Below, piece after piece: positions 39,893 to 52,374 of a DNA stretch of 64,000 bases. This stretch comes from Octopus vulgaris (taxonomy: Eukaryota), in assembly GCA_951406725.2 (NCBI GenBank), contig OX597829.1, positions 20,894,001 through 20,958,000 on the forward strand, written 5' to 3'. The translations under genes were made by a program, and so were the position numbers. Under the pieces are notes generated by a model. The model saw only the letters and a list, made by a program, of their open reading frames with translations, was not told where the DNA came from and did no database searches. Position 1 is the first letter of the stretch; each line of letters begins with the position of its first letter.

Positions 39893-40692
39893 TTGCCTAA
39901 AAGCCACCCTGTCAGGTAGCTTTTAAGCTAGCTCCTGTGGAGGGCTCTGCTTTAGGCCTTGGGCCCAACAACGACACTTCGTGCATTGAGTACATATTAA
40001 ATTTTACTAAACTTGAACAATATTTTTCAAGCAATGAACAATTTTCTTCAAAGCAATGGTATAAATTGTCAACTTGGAACTTATTGCAAAGTTGTATGAC
40101 AAACAACAGTACTGCCACCATCGCCACCACGTCTGCCGTACAGACACCATTTAGACTTCTGACACCACCATCATCAATACCTTTGACTTCGCCGCCTTCC
40201 CCTCCACCACCATCACCACTGTCTTTCACATCACTTATTCTCACCATCATCCCTGACTGCCTTGGCTACCACCACTGCCTCCATCTCTATCACAATTACA
40301 GCTCATACTATTACTATCACTCCATTACCATCACAAAAAGGCTAAATGTGTGTGTGTAAAAGACTTGTGTTCAGTATGTTGGTTCAGTATTCAGTCCCTC
40401 TTTCTCTCGCATACCCACTCTTTCTCTCTATCTCTCTTATTATTACTCCCACTACTAACATCAACACTACTACTTTTAATAAAAGCATCAACTCTCCCTA
40501 AATTTAAATCAGTTGGATAGCTCTTGAGTTATAGGGATTCACACAGACGGATTCTCAGTTTTACGTTTTAAGATTATATATACATTTACTCCTGTAAAAT
40601 CCCAGCAAAGTAAGAAGAATGAATGTTAGAAATCTTTTTTTTTTTTTGGAAACCTCTAATTAAAGGCAGAACCCACATTCAACCTTTATACA

Positions 40693-40729
<37 letters not shown>

Positions 40730-40954
40730 CAAAAGGGACATTAGCCATTTGAATGTGGCTAGGGACAGGGCAGGGCGGTGGGGGTGTTACTGATGCATTT
40801 AGCCCCAGGCGATCATCAACGTCACCAGATAGTCTGACACCATCACGGTGTCCTCTATCCTGCAAAGGGAGATCATTCCCCGAAGAAGCGGAGATCTCCC
40901 TTTTGTTATGGAGCAGTTACTGTCTATATCTCGTTTAGAGAATTATTATTGCTA

Positions 40955-41333
40955 TCTCTCTCTATATAAACGGCAGTTTGTGCGTATTCTGTGTGTCTGT
41001 TTTCTCGTACCCTCACTCTGACCACGGCTTTCAACCGATTCTGATGAAACTTGACACACACATAGCCCAATGTCATAATTCAAAACTAACGCAGCGAAAA
41101 TTTTGAAAAGTTCCCCCAGTTCTGAAAAAAATCGATAAATTCGACATGGGGTCGAGAATCAGAAACCCAAACCACAGACCGTCTAGGGGACGCACCTCCA
41201 CCTTTTTTAACTCTCAAAAAAATTTACCATAATTTCTTTTCAATTTTTTTGCTATTTTTTGGCTATAACTCTCTAAAAATGCTTTATAGTTATTTCCCTT
41301 ACAAACCTGAGCAATGCCGGGCGATACTGCTAG
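40955..41333 (+). mobile_element. Non-autonomous Helitron-like element
   Basis: A|TC start; 3' cctgagcaatgccgggcgatactgCTAG|T. Confidence 0.72.
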
Positions 41334-41779
41334 TATATATATATATCTCTTATTATAAAAGGCAGATTTTATCTGCCTCCCTTTGGGAATTATACAAATC
41401 TACAATATAGGATTTCTTCAATTACAATTTACCTAGCAGTTTTAAGAGTACAATGCATCGCGTCATGCCAGGTCCAGTTTTTAAAATTTAAACTCCAATT
41501 AAGCAAAATTTACAGAAAACTCACATTCTGGTGTGTGTGTCAAATGCTTTTCTTAGTCTGGTTTACACCACACACACAGTGGGCAACGAATAAAGTGAAA
41601 CTAGATGTAATATTTGTTTCTCTCTATCACGCTGATAGATACATGAGTAAAATGTATGGGAAGCTAACACATAAGTGTGAGTGAAAATGTTCTTGGAAGA
41701 GAGTAAATAGCCAGAGATAGTGATTTGAGGAAGACTACATTAAATAACCGTAGTGGCTTGTGTTAGTAATAAAGTAAAC

Positions 41780-41821
41780 ATACACTCATACATACATACA
41801 TACATACATACATACATACAT

Positions 41822-41854
<33 letters not shown>

Positions 41855-41960
41855 TACATACATACACACACACATACATACATACACACATACATACATA
41901 CATACATATACATACATATACATACATACATACACACACACACACATACACACACACACA
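41780..41960. repeat. (CATA)n/(CA)n microsatellite
   Basis: Direct reading. Confidence 0.95.
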
Positions 41961-42180
41961 GTATTGAAGCTTGAGAACAATCAGATACATTTGCAACACA
42001 TCTGTTGAAAATATTATTGTTCACACACATACATATACATATATACATACAGACAGACAGACAGATAGACACACACACACACACACATGATCCAGCATGG
42101 CCACAACCTCAAGGCTGAAACATATAAAAGAATAACAGAATATAAATGTGTGCATGTGTGTGAGAGAGAGAGTGTGTGTG

Positions 42181-42212
<32 letters not shown>

Positions 42213-42225
42213 TATATATATATAA

Positions 42226-43782
42226 TAATGCGGTTTTTTCAACAGCTTGAACTAAAAGTCAGAGGGGAATGGGATAAACTACTTATATTAACTTGCTATA
42301 AAAGCAGGTAGTAATTTTATCTTGTCCTTATTCATAGTGCAAGTTTTGAAGAGTGCATTTCGATTTTAACAGCTATTTTTTTCAAAGCTATATTGGAACA
42401 GCCTAGAAGACGAGCCTCATCCTGAAAGATCTGTAGAACTCGACAAGGACATCCTGAAAACCCTGGTGGAACAAAATCTCATCGTAACTGTTGAGGAACT
42501 AGCAGAGAAGCTTGGATTTGGTCATTCAACCATTCATTGACACCTGTGTGCTATCGGAAAAGTCAGCAAATTGGGTCAATGGGTTGCTCACGAACTTTCC
42601 GAGTCTAATTGCATGCAGAGAGTGAATGTATGCTTTTCTTTGCTGTCATATCTCACCACTACTGCGCTATGTATATCTATATATATAAAACTGTAGTTGT
42701 GTGAGTGTCTGTCCCCTTCGATTTAGATTCCTAACTACTCCCACATTTTGCGGTACAGTTTAACCAAATTCGGGTAGCTTATAGTCGTGATTCATATCGA
42801 GCCCGTCTGAATATTAGCGCGCGTGTACGATGAGTCTATGATTTTAAAAATAATTTAACATCATTTTTTATTCCATTTTAATGCATAATTTTTCGTGTGT
42901 CGATGGCGGCGGAGTTGGCGTCCACGCTCACACCTGCACCTGTGGGGAAGGGAGTGTAAGGAAATCAACGTCGTAATGCGTTGTCAAGGAGACCAGTGTT
43001 CTTTTAGAACAACGACTTCATGGCTTGAAGACACCAAAACAGAAATGGCTAAGAAAGCGTCTACATGAGTCTACGATTTAAAAAAAAATTTACCATCGTT
43101 TTTTTTCCATTTTAATGCATTTTTTCCCTATTATATAAGGGAAGTAACTCTCTGAAAATGTCTACGATGAGTCAACGATTTAAAAAAAATTTACCATCAT
43201 ATTTTTTCCATTTTTAATGCATTTTTTGCTATTTTTTGGCTATAACTCTCTAAAAATGCTTATATAGTTATTTCCCTTACAAACCCGAGCAACGCCGGGC
43301 GATACTGCTAGTTAGAGATAAAACCACTATTAGGCAACTCAAACCTTGTAAGTTTGGAGCCATACTCCCTAATATTACTATATATATATATATATATATC
43401 ACCGTGACCGACCAGGCTATCAGATGCTGCTACACATCGCTGGTCACAATGTGCTTCGCATCGTTTTAGCCTCCAAATGACGCCACCCCGCTGGCTAAGT
43501 GAGCAGGCCAACAGAAGAAAGAGTAAGAGAAAGTTGTGGCGAAAGAGTACAGCAGGGATCGCCACCACCCCCTGCCAGAGCCTCGTGTAGCTTTAGGTGT
43601 TTTCGTTCAATAAACACTCACAAATCGAACTACACTCTTTAAAACTTGCACTAAGAATAAGGACAAGATAAAATTACTACTAGCTGTTATAGCAAGTTGA
43701 TGCAGGTAGTTTATCCCATCACCCTCCGTCTTTTAGTTCATGCAATTGAAAAAACCACATTATTTACGGGACAACCCAATAT
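42226..43782 (+). mobile_element. Mariner-derived element bounded by ~140-150 bp inverted repeats, with nested Helitron-like and SINE inserts
   Basis: 42226-42365 is the reverse complement of about 43625-43762. Internal peptide SLEDEPHPERSVELDKDILKTLVEQN...KLGQWVAHEL corresponds to the mariner WVPHEL motif. Confidence 0.75.
42676..43311 (+). mobile_element. Non-autonomous Helitron-like element
   Basis: A|TC start; 3' cccgagcaacgccgggcgatactgCTAG|T; shares 5' and 3' blocks with 57903-58285. Confidence 0.75.
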
Positions 43783-44169
43783 ATACATATATATATATAT
43801 GTGTATGTTTATGTGTGCATGTCTTTGTTTCTTCCCCCTCCCCCACTGCTTGACAACCGGTGTTGTTGTGTTTGTGTTCCCGTAACAGCAAAAGAGACCA
43901 ATAGAATAAGCACCAGGCTTTCAAAAAAAAAAATATGAATAGTCTGAAAGATAAGTTTGACTAAAAATTTTTCTAGATAGTGCCCTAGCATAGCCACAGT
44001 CTAATGACTGAAACAAATAAATGATAAAAGATAAAAGAGATGTGTGTGTGTGCGCGATGAGCTTCTTTCAGTTTCCTTCTATCAAATCCACTCACAAGGC
44101 TTTGGTCAACCCAGGGCAAAAGTATAAATCTCATTAAAAAAATGAAAAAAATTGAAACATTATCTATGG

Positions 44170-44555
44170 ACATTATTTACATTATTTATATTTGACTGAT
44201 ATTTGTCCTCATCTTGTTTGTTGTTAAAATAATGTTTCAGCTGATATACCCTCCAGCCTTCTTCAGGTGTCTTGGGGAAATTTCAAACCTGGGTTCTCAT
44301 TCCTGAGGTATTTTTCGATGTTATTATTATTATATATACCGGAATAATAATAATAATGGTAATAATAATAATGATAATAATAATAATGATGATAGTACTG
44401 ATAATAACATTGAAAAACACCTTAGGAATGAGAACCCAGGTTCGAAATTTCCCCAAAACACCTGATGAAGGCTGGAGGGTATATCAGCCAAAATGTGTTA
44501 ACAACAAACAAGATGAGGACAAATATCCGTCAAATGTAAATAATGTAAATAATGT
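44170..44555. mobile_element. Fold-back element with a minimal hammerhead core in each arm, (AAT)n centre
   Basis: Arms about 44170-44332 and 44400-44555. Right arm: CTGATGA 44462-44468, ggctg/cagcc stem, GAAAC mutated. Left arm (minus): CTGAAGA 44266-44260 and GAAAC 44238-44234. Confidence 0.7.
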
Positions 44556-44827
44556 ACATAATTCCTCATCTCTTAAATAGAGAACTGTATTATTGTCTAT
44601 GGAATTTGAATGCTGTATCTGCTGGAAATACTGCAAATGCCATGCTAACCAACACACTAAAGCAACATCACAATTCTGATTAACCAGAGTAGAAGAATTA
44701 ACATAAGAAGCAAAGATTATATATGTTTACAAGGTTATCACCAGTTCAAATATGTCTGGGGAATATTTGAACCTGTAACCAAGCCATTCGCTGTGTTTTG
44801 TCATGGAAAATATTTCTTGCTGTTGAT

Positions 44828-45020
44828 CAGTGGTTCTCAACATTTTTTATGCCCATGCACCCCAAAAAATTTTAATATGTTCTCACACCCATTAAAGTAA
44901 TAATTTATATAAGAATAAAGGTGCCCAGGACAATTACCCTCTTTGACCTCACTGCCTATAGATCCGGCCCTGCTCGCACCCCTTGGGATGCCATCTCACA
45001 CCCCTGGTTGGGAAACTCTG
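44828..45020 (+). mobile_element. hAT/Charlie-like MITE
   Basis: TIRs cagtggttctcaac / gttgggaaactctg; 8-bp flanks ctgttgat / ctgtagac (6/8 identical). Confidence 0.7.
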
Positions 45021-45647
45021 CTGTAGACAAATGGTGTAAATACATCTAAATCAGCTCACAGTGCAACCTACCCTGACTGTGAGATGCAAGCATTTCAGAG
45101 TGGATGTTATATATATGTTGGCATATATTTGCTTATTTTAAGTCTTTTTTTCCCTGCCCCATATTAGAATGAGTCAGTGAAGGTGCATGGCTCAGTGGTT
45201 AGAGCACCAAGCTTATGATTGTGAGGTTGTAAGTTCAATTCCCGAACCGGGCTGCATGTTGTGTTCTTGAGCAAGACACTTTATTTCACTCCAGTTCACT
45301 CAGCTGTAGAAATGAGTTGTGACATCAATGGTGCCAAGCTATATCGGCCTTTGCCTTTCCCTTGTATAACATCAGTGGTGAGGTTAGGAGAGGTTGATAT
45401 GCATGGCCAACTGCTGGTCTTCCATAAACAACCTTGCCCAGACTTGTACCTCGGAAGGTAACTTTCTAGGTGCAATCCCATGGTCATTCCATGGCCGAAG
45501 GGGGTCTCCCATTAGTATGAGTCAGGTGGGGTTGTTATTTGAGGTGAGATTTTACAGCCAAACATTCCTCTTGTCACCAACCCTTACCTGCTTTTCAAGT
45601 AAAAGGTATTTTCATTTAAAGCACAGCATTTTAAGCCCTTACCTTAA

Positions 45648-45861
45648 CCCTTTCGTTACCGTAAAGATGCTCTGGGTTTCTTTCAATTAATTTTAAATGT
45701 AACAAAGAATTTAGTAAAATAACTTGGTTATCATTAAGCTAGTGTTAGGAACACAAATTGTGACTAAGGTTTGGTGGTAGATTTTAATTCAAAATTTATG
45801 AAAACAAAACATTTCTGCTACAGAGCCAGAGGCGGTTTCAGCCAGGTTGGTATCAAAAGGG
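45648..45861 (+). mobile_element. piggyBac-like MITE
   Basis: TTAA on both sides; TIRs ccctttcgttacc / ggtatcaaaaggg. Confidence 0.75.
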
Positions 45862-46719
45862 TTAAGCAAAGGATGTAAACATTATCACTTTTCTCACCCA
45901 TTTTACTAAATTAGGGACAAACATGGAATAGCAAGATTATTGCACATTTGTACATGTGTACACACACACAGACACACCATACATAGACACAGGATAACAA
46001 TTTCCATTTACCAAATTTTATCGAAAAGCAGTTCAGGACTATAATAGATGCTAAAACATGATGCCAAAGAGTGGGACTGAAACTGAAATTGTGTGACTCT
46101 GAAGCAAGTATCTTGACCATACAGCCATATACATACATAGCTGTACGGTTAAAAGCTTGCTTTGCAACCATGTAGTTCTTGGTTCAATCCCAATGTGCAA
46201 AACCTTGAGCAAGCATCTTCTACTATAGCTCCAGAATTTGGTTCACGGAAACTGTGTGGTAGTCTGTTATATATGTGTGTGTGTGTATGTGTGAGTCTGT
46301 TTTAGTTTTTGTCACCCCACCCATTGCTTGACAACCAGCATCGGTTTGTTTACAACCCTGTAACTCGGCAAAAGAGACTAATAGAATTAGTACCAGACTT
46401 TAAAAAATAAAGTACTGGGGGTCAATCAATTTGACTGAAACCCTTCAAAGTTGTGTCCCAGTATAGCCACAGTCTAATAAATGAAATTAGTGAAAGAGAA
46501 AAGATGAAGGACACTGCTTTGGTAGCACAGTAGGCAGCACATCAGTCTCATAATCCAAAGCTAACAACCGAGAAGTCCAAACGTCATGTGTTCAATCCTC
46601 ACCCATGGCACAACTTTACAGCAGTGGTGCTCCAGCATGACCACAGTTTTCAAGATGAAACACTTAAAGACATTAACGACATGTATTCCTAATTGGCATC
46701 AGCATAAGACCCAGCAGAT

Positions 46720-46915
46720 TTAAATCGACCCCCAGTGTTCAACTGGTACTTATTTCATTGCCCCCCCCCCCGCCATCCCCCACCCCACCCAAAGGATGAA
46801 AGGCAAAGTCAACTGCGATAGAATTTGAACTCATAACATAAAGATGAGTGAAATGCTGCCAAGCATTTTGTCTGGTATGCTAACAATTCTGCCAGCTCAC
46901 CACCTTCGGCTGCCT
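46720..46915 (-). mobile_element. SINE family C (ggatgaaaggcaaagtc...gaatttgaac)
   Basis: A second copy at about 49207-49404 is flanked by an imperfect duplication agaaatattgtgatatt / agaaatatcctgatatt. Confidence 0.65.
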
Positions 46916-47084
46916 TAAGATAAAGAAATCATTTTGAGATCCAGCAAATGACCGACAGGGAAAATTTTCCAGTTATGGGTTTTGTTCTCATTAATGTCTC
47001 TGCTCGTTACCACTGTCCTGTTTGATTTCTTTTTTTTTTTTTACTTGTTTAAAATAATGCAGGTTGTTATTTTTTTGTTTTATT

Positions 47085-47567
47085 GTTCGACCTTCGAACA
47101 TTGGGCCTCACAGAGGCAATGACGAAAGACCGAGACCTCTGGAGATATGCTGTGACTGCGAAGACCTGACAAATGAAGTGAGTTCATGGATTGCAGGATG
47201 GCCTGCTGTGCTTACCTTGGATCGTAGGGCGACCTGCTGTGCTTGAGGAGACCTATTGAGTCAAATACATCAACATCAAAATCAAAATCAAATGGAAATT
47301 GTAGTTGTAATACCCATGCCAGTGGCACGTAAAAAGCAGTATCTGATAATGGCCATTGCCAGACTCCTCTGGCACCTGTGAAGGTGGCACATAAAAAGCA
47401 CCCACTTCACTCACAGAGTGGTTGGTGTTAGGAAGGGCATCCAGCTGTAGAAACACTGCCAGATCAGACTGGAGCCTGGTGCAGCCTCCTGGCTTCCCAG
47501 ATCCCGGTTGAACCATCCAACCCATGCTAGCACGGAAAATGGACGTTAAATGATGATGATGATGATG
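47085..47567 (+). mobile_element. RTE 3' fragment with (GAT)n tail
   Basis: Homologous to 11370-11980. Confidence 0.85.
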
Positions 47568-47747
47568 TTCCTAGGTAGAGTATAAAGATTTAATCGAATA
47601 GTTTTTTGCAACGTGTTACTGTTTTTATTAAAAGTTACTGTGCTTCTGGTTCAATAACTGTTGAGGCTAAAAATGTATTCAAGTCTTTTTTGTATGGGTT
47701 TAAATCCTATGGCTACTAGAAATAAGTTAGTTATATTTATTTATTTA

Positions 47748-48047
47748 TGGAGGCGCAATGGCCCAGTTGTTAAGGCAGTGGACTCGCAGCCGGAGGATCA
47801 CAGTTTCGATTCTGAGACTGGACGTTGTGTGTTTATTGAGCAAAAACACCTAAAAGCTCCACGAGGCTCTGGCAGGGGGTGGTGGCGACCCCTATTGTAC
47901 TCTTTCACCCCAACTTTCTCTTACTCTCTCTTCCTGTTTCTTGAGTAACGCTATGATGGACTGGCATCCTGTCCAGCTGGGAGGAACACATACGCCACAG
48001 AAACTGGGAAACTGGGCCCATGAGCCTGGCTAGGCTTGAAAAGGGCG
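47748..48047 (+). mobile_element. tRNA-derived SINE, family D
   Basis: ggaggcgcaatggcccagttgttaagg...gtttcgattc head; body matches 43400-43620 in reverse. Confidence 0.65.
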
Positions 48048-48559
48048 ATGTTTATCATTTTATTTATTTATTTATCCACACACACACATACACACAAATA
48101 CATCTATATAACTTGAAAAAAAGTATGGTTGTTTAGTAAAGTGAAAAAGAATCTTTGACCAAACATTATTCCCCCCAAAATGAGTGAACAATGTAAACAA
48201 GCAAGATACAATCATTTTGGGGTTTTTTACAAGAAAAAGTGGAGCTGAACAAACAAAAGGATATATAACCTGTGCAAATGATTCTGTAAGTGGTTTTAAA
48301 TGTGTAAAAGTAATTCCATAAGTGACTAGTTGTATTGTTGCATCATATTCTTGTGAAATGACATTGTCAGGACAACATACAACTAAGTTTGCATGGTCTG
48401 AAATTTGGACTGAGATGTGAGAATGAGGAAAAAATGGCTTACATGTGATTTATGAATAATTCCAGAATAATCAGATATGCGATATGCTCTATTGCAACCA
48501 ATCTAGGCCCAATAAAATCACAAGGTAGATGTGTTTTTAAAAAATGGAGTTCAATTTCA

Positions 48560-50620
48560 GTTTCTTTCAGAAGTAGCATCTGATCAGTTCAACTATTATC
48601 TTTGAAAAAAAGCAAAAAAAAAAATTGTTTGCTTCCTTCGAAGACATAGTCACATAACAATGCTGTCGAAATTCTACAGAGAATGACAACTGGGAACGGA
48701 CATGGATTGCTTAAATAAATCTGAAGCAACTACCTGCAAAATATTTAGAACTGTGTATTTGCTTGCCAGAAATAAGAAACCATGCACAGATCATTTTGAT
48801 TTGTTGCCATTTCAAAAATTGGATGGTGCAGTAATTCACAAAGTTAGTGCAACGGATGTTATTGACCATGTTGCACAGGAAATGAAATTAGGAGTCCGGA
48901 AATGCATTCTTAAAATAAAAGGGGAAATAGCCATTCTGATAAACTCTTAGTAGCAAAAAATCTTGATAGTCTATTTGAAATCTGAAACTAACAAATCAGA
49001 AGATCCACATTTTATATTTCTGGATTTATTAGAATTACCTGATGTCATAGCAGAAGCTATAAGCGACCACTTAATTATGCTGAGCATGGGTTTGATCACG
49101 ATTATCTTCAGGATAATCTAAATGCATTACCATTGATAGTGCTAGTATAATTTTGGGAGAAAGCTTTATGGTGGCTCAGTGACTGTTGCAGAAATATTGT
49201 GATATTCTTCTCTACTCTAGGCACAAGGCCCAAAATTTTGGGGGAGAGGGCCAGTTGATTAGATTGACCTCAGTATTAAACTGGTACTTAATTTATCGAA
49301 CCCAAAAGGATGACAGGCAAAGTTGACCGTGGCAGAATTTGAAGGTGAAATACTGCTAAGCATTTCAACCGGCATGCTAATGTTTCTGCCAGATCACCGC
49401 CTTAGAAATATCCTGATATTATTGTATGGCAATGTTTCAATCATCACTTGGAGCTGTCTGTAACATATACAATATTTGAAGTACATGGTGTCTATTATTA
49501 GTGTTCATTTATGGATATACCGTACTCCTTAGAATCAAAGAGAAATTTGAAAGTATGCCATAAAGCTTGATGAACAGATGAAAAAATTGATAGAATGTTA
49601 GGAATTAGATGGGCTTCAAACTCCTTCAGAACTCTCTTAGCATTTAGAAATATCTATGTTACTATGTTTCATTTTCTCCAAATCCTGGATTTATTTCAGT
49701 GGTATTAACTTCTCAGCTCAGTTATGTTTAGAATGGACTATAAAGTGGCTGCCATCTCAACTTGAACTAAACTCTGCGTATTTAGTTCAAACGTAAAATC
49801 TGTGTTTTTGCATGGCTCTGAAACATGGAGAGCCACCTGCAACAACTACAAGAAGATCCAGACCTTCATCAACAAATGTCTCTGGCAGATCCTCCATCTG
49901 AAGTGGTTCGATAGAGTGCCAAGTACCAACCTGTGGGAAAGGGCTAACCAGGAGCCCATACATGTTCAGATTAGACGAAGGAAATGGAGATGAATCAGAC
50001 ACACACTGCGGAAAGAACCCTCAAATGTGACATGACAAGCACTTGACTGGAACCCACAGAGGAAAAGGAAGCGAGGGCACCCAAAGCAGACATGGAGGTG
50101 GAGCATTTTGAACAAGCTCAGGACCACTGGCCTGACATAGGAAGCAGCCAAGAAACATGCCAATGACTGCAAAAAGTGGAATACAACTGTTGAGGTCCTA
50201 TGCTCCATAAGGGGCAAAAAGGATTAAGAAGAAGAAAAAGAATGTAGTACAGTGTTATTTTTTTTTAAGCGTGTTGTTACTGATAAAAGTTGACCAACAG
50301 TTGACCAGTGCACCTTTAGGGGGCTGCAGAAATACCTTCCATTAAAGCAGTTTCTTCTTGTTCTGAGTCTTTACAGAAAAGGGATATTACTATAGTTTAT
50401 GGTGAGAAGTTAATTTGTGGCAGCATATGATTTGTTAGAAACAATGAAAAAACACAAGGGTAAAAAACAAAAAGTCTTAGAAGCAAAGAATGTTACAGAC
50501 AGATGGCAACAAGATTGTTTCAATCAGTTGAGACCAGTTTTTAACCAGTATCATAAACAATACGAAACAATAGTTATTCACCCCAACTTCTTTTTGTGAA
50601 TAAATAAAATCTCAGCCAGC
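48560..50620 (+). pseudogene. Decayed hAT-family (KIAA1586/ZNF862-like) transposase remnant interrupted by a SINE and a LINE
   Basis: TCKIFRTVYLLARNKKPCTDHFDLL...IDHVAQEMK...IAILI, LIVYLK, FIFLDLLEL and a later IRW-like motif; many stops. Confidence 0.6.
49760..50240 (+). mobile_element. RTE-like LINE 3' fragment with (GAA)n tail
   Basis: LHGSETW...IQTFINKCLWQIL...QIRRRKWR, ALDWNPQRKRKRGHPKQTWR, ends ggattaagaagaagaa. Confidence 0.85.
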
Positions 50621-50694
50621 CACTTTATAGTCCATTGCAAACATGATAACTGAGCTGAGAAGTCAATACTGCTGAAATAAACCCAGGATCTGGA

Positions 50695-51915
50695 GAAAAT
50701 GAAACATAGTAACAAAAATCAGTGTAGACAATAATTTCTATTGAATATATGTAGAGATAACCTAAACAAATAATGTAAAAGCACACTGCTAACACAGGAG
50801 AATGCAGTGTTGACAAATAAAAAATGTTTGATTTGCATAACGAAATACCATGTACTTACAAATCATTAGTATTCATGTACCAGCTTCCAGGAATGCATTT
50901 AATATGTAAATTGGTATATCCAATAACTATACACTGCTATATCATCATCATCATCATCATCATTATTTAACGTCCGCTTTCCATGCTAGCATGGGTTGGA
51001 CGATTTGACTGAGGACTAGCGAACCAGATGGCTGCACCAGACTCCAATCTTGTCTGGCAGAGTTTCTACAGCTAGATGCCCTTCCTAACACCAACCACTC
51101 TGAGAGTGTAGTGGGTGCTTTTACATGCCACCGGCACAAGGGCCAGTCAGGAAGTACTGGCAACGGCCACACTCAAATGGTGTTTTTTGCATGCCACCTG
51201 CAATGAGTTCATGGATGATTAATGGGTTAGATGGGTGCTGATAAAGGGGAAAAAATGCCCAGAAATATGCATATATGCCCATTACCCCTCTTTTCATCTT
51301 CAATCTCATTGTTTGTTTATATCTGACATCTCAGATACGAAACTGTGTAACAAAAATCACTGCTGGTTATAATTTCTATTGAATACCTGTAGAGATAACC
51401 TTAAGAAATAATGTAAAAGCACACTGCTAACACAGGAGAACACATTATTGATTTATAAAAAATGTTTGATTTGCATAATGAAATACCATGTACCTACAAA
51501 TCATTAGTATTCATGTATCAGCTTCCAGGAATGCATTTAATATGTAAAATTGGTATATCCAATAATTATACACTGCTATATGTAGTGGCTATTTAAGCAA
51601 TGAGTTCATGGATGATTAAGGGGTTAGATGGGTGCTGATGAAGCAGGGAAATGCCCAGAAATATGCATATATGCCCATTACCCATTTTTCATCTTCAATC
51701 TCTGACATCTTGTATATGAAACATAGTAACACAAATTAATGCTGGCTATAATTTCTATCGAATATCTGTAAAGATAACCTTAAGAAATAATGTAAAAGTA
51801 CACTGCTAATACAGGAGAACACATTATTAACTTATAAAACACGTTTAATACACTTTATAGTATATTATGGTTGCATAATGAAATACCTCATACTTATAAG
51901 TCATCAGTATTTCTT
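50695..51915. repeat. Degenerate ~380-bp tandem repeat, about 3 units, first unit interrupted by an RTE tail (50941-51200)
   Basis: ataatttctattgaata...aaataatgtaaaagcacactgctaacacaggagaa recurs near 50730, 51370 and 51750. Confidence 0.8.
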
Positions 51916-52374
51916 GACAATAGTGGGTGACATATTCCACCAGATTGGAAACCCTTAATCAGATGCTCAAAAGTAATCTCATACAGCTTCTCTGAGCATG
52001 AATGAGGCTTTAGTAACATGGACTTTATTTTGACAGAAATAAGGTCTAGTATGTTAATAAACTATGTCAGCAATTTCAGGTTTATTAAACTTCATGGTCC
52101 ATCAATTCCAATCTGGAAAACAGATGACTGTGCACTCAGATGGCTTAGGTATCATTGTTCAGCAATTGATACATAAGCAAGAACTGCAAAATCCGAGGTT
52201 GGACTCAATTTTAAAATTCTGTTAAATCTTTATTATAGCATGTGAAATCCTGATTAGCTACATGTTACCTTTATGAAGCAGAGTTTAGCATCAAAACTGC
52301 AGATGGTATTGAAAAAGTTCAGCTTGTCCATTTGTGGTGGTGAGAAGACTGATAGTGGAAATCCTAAAGTTTAT

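Noticed and set aside
39912-40359. ORFs of 112 and 140 aa
   Set aside because: Low-complexity (CAC/CAT)-rich sequence with no recognisable domain or supported splice structure.
41740-42311. Cys/Val/Met/Tyr-rich ORFs
   Set aside because: Translations of (CATA)n/(CA)n microsatellite.
51940-52200. Possible hammerhead downstream of the Penelope remnant
   Set aside because: Only a tgctca/tgagca stem is visible; no CTGAnGA plus GAAA core could be placed.
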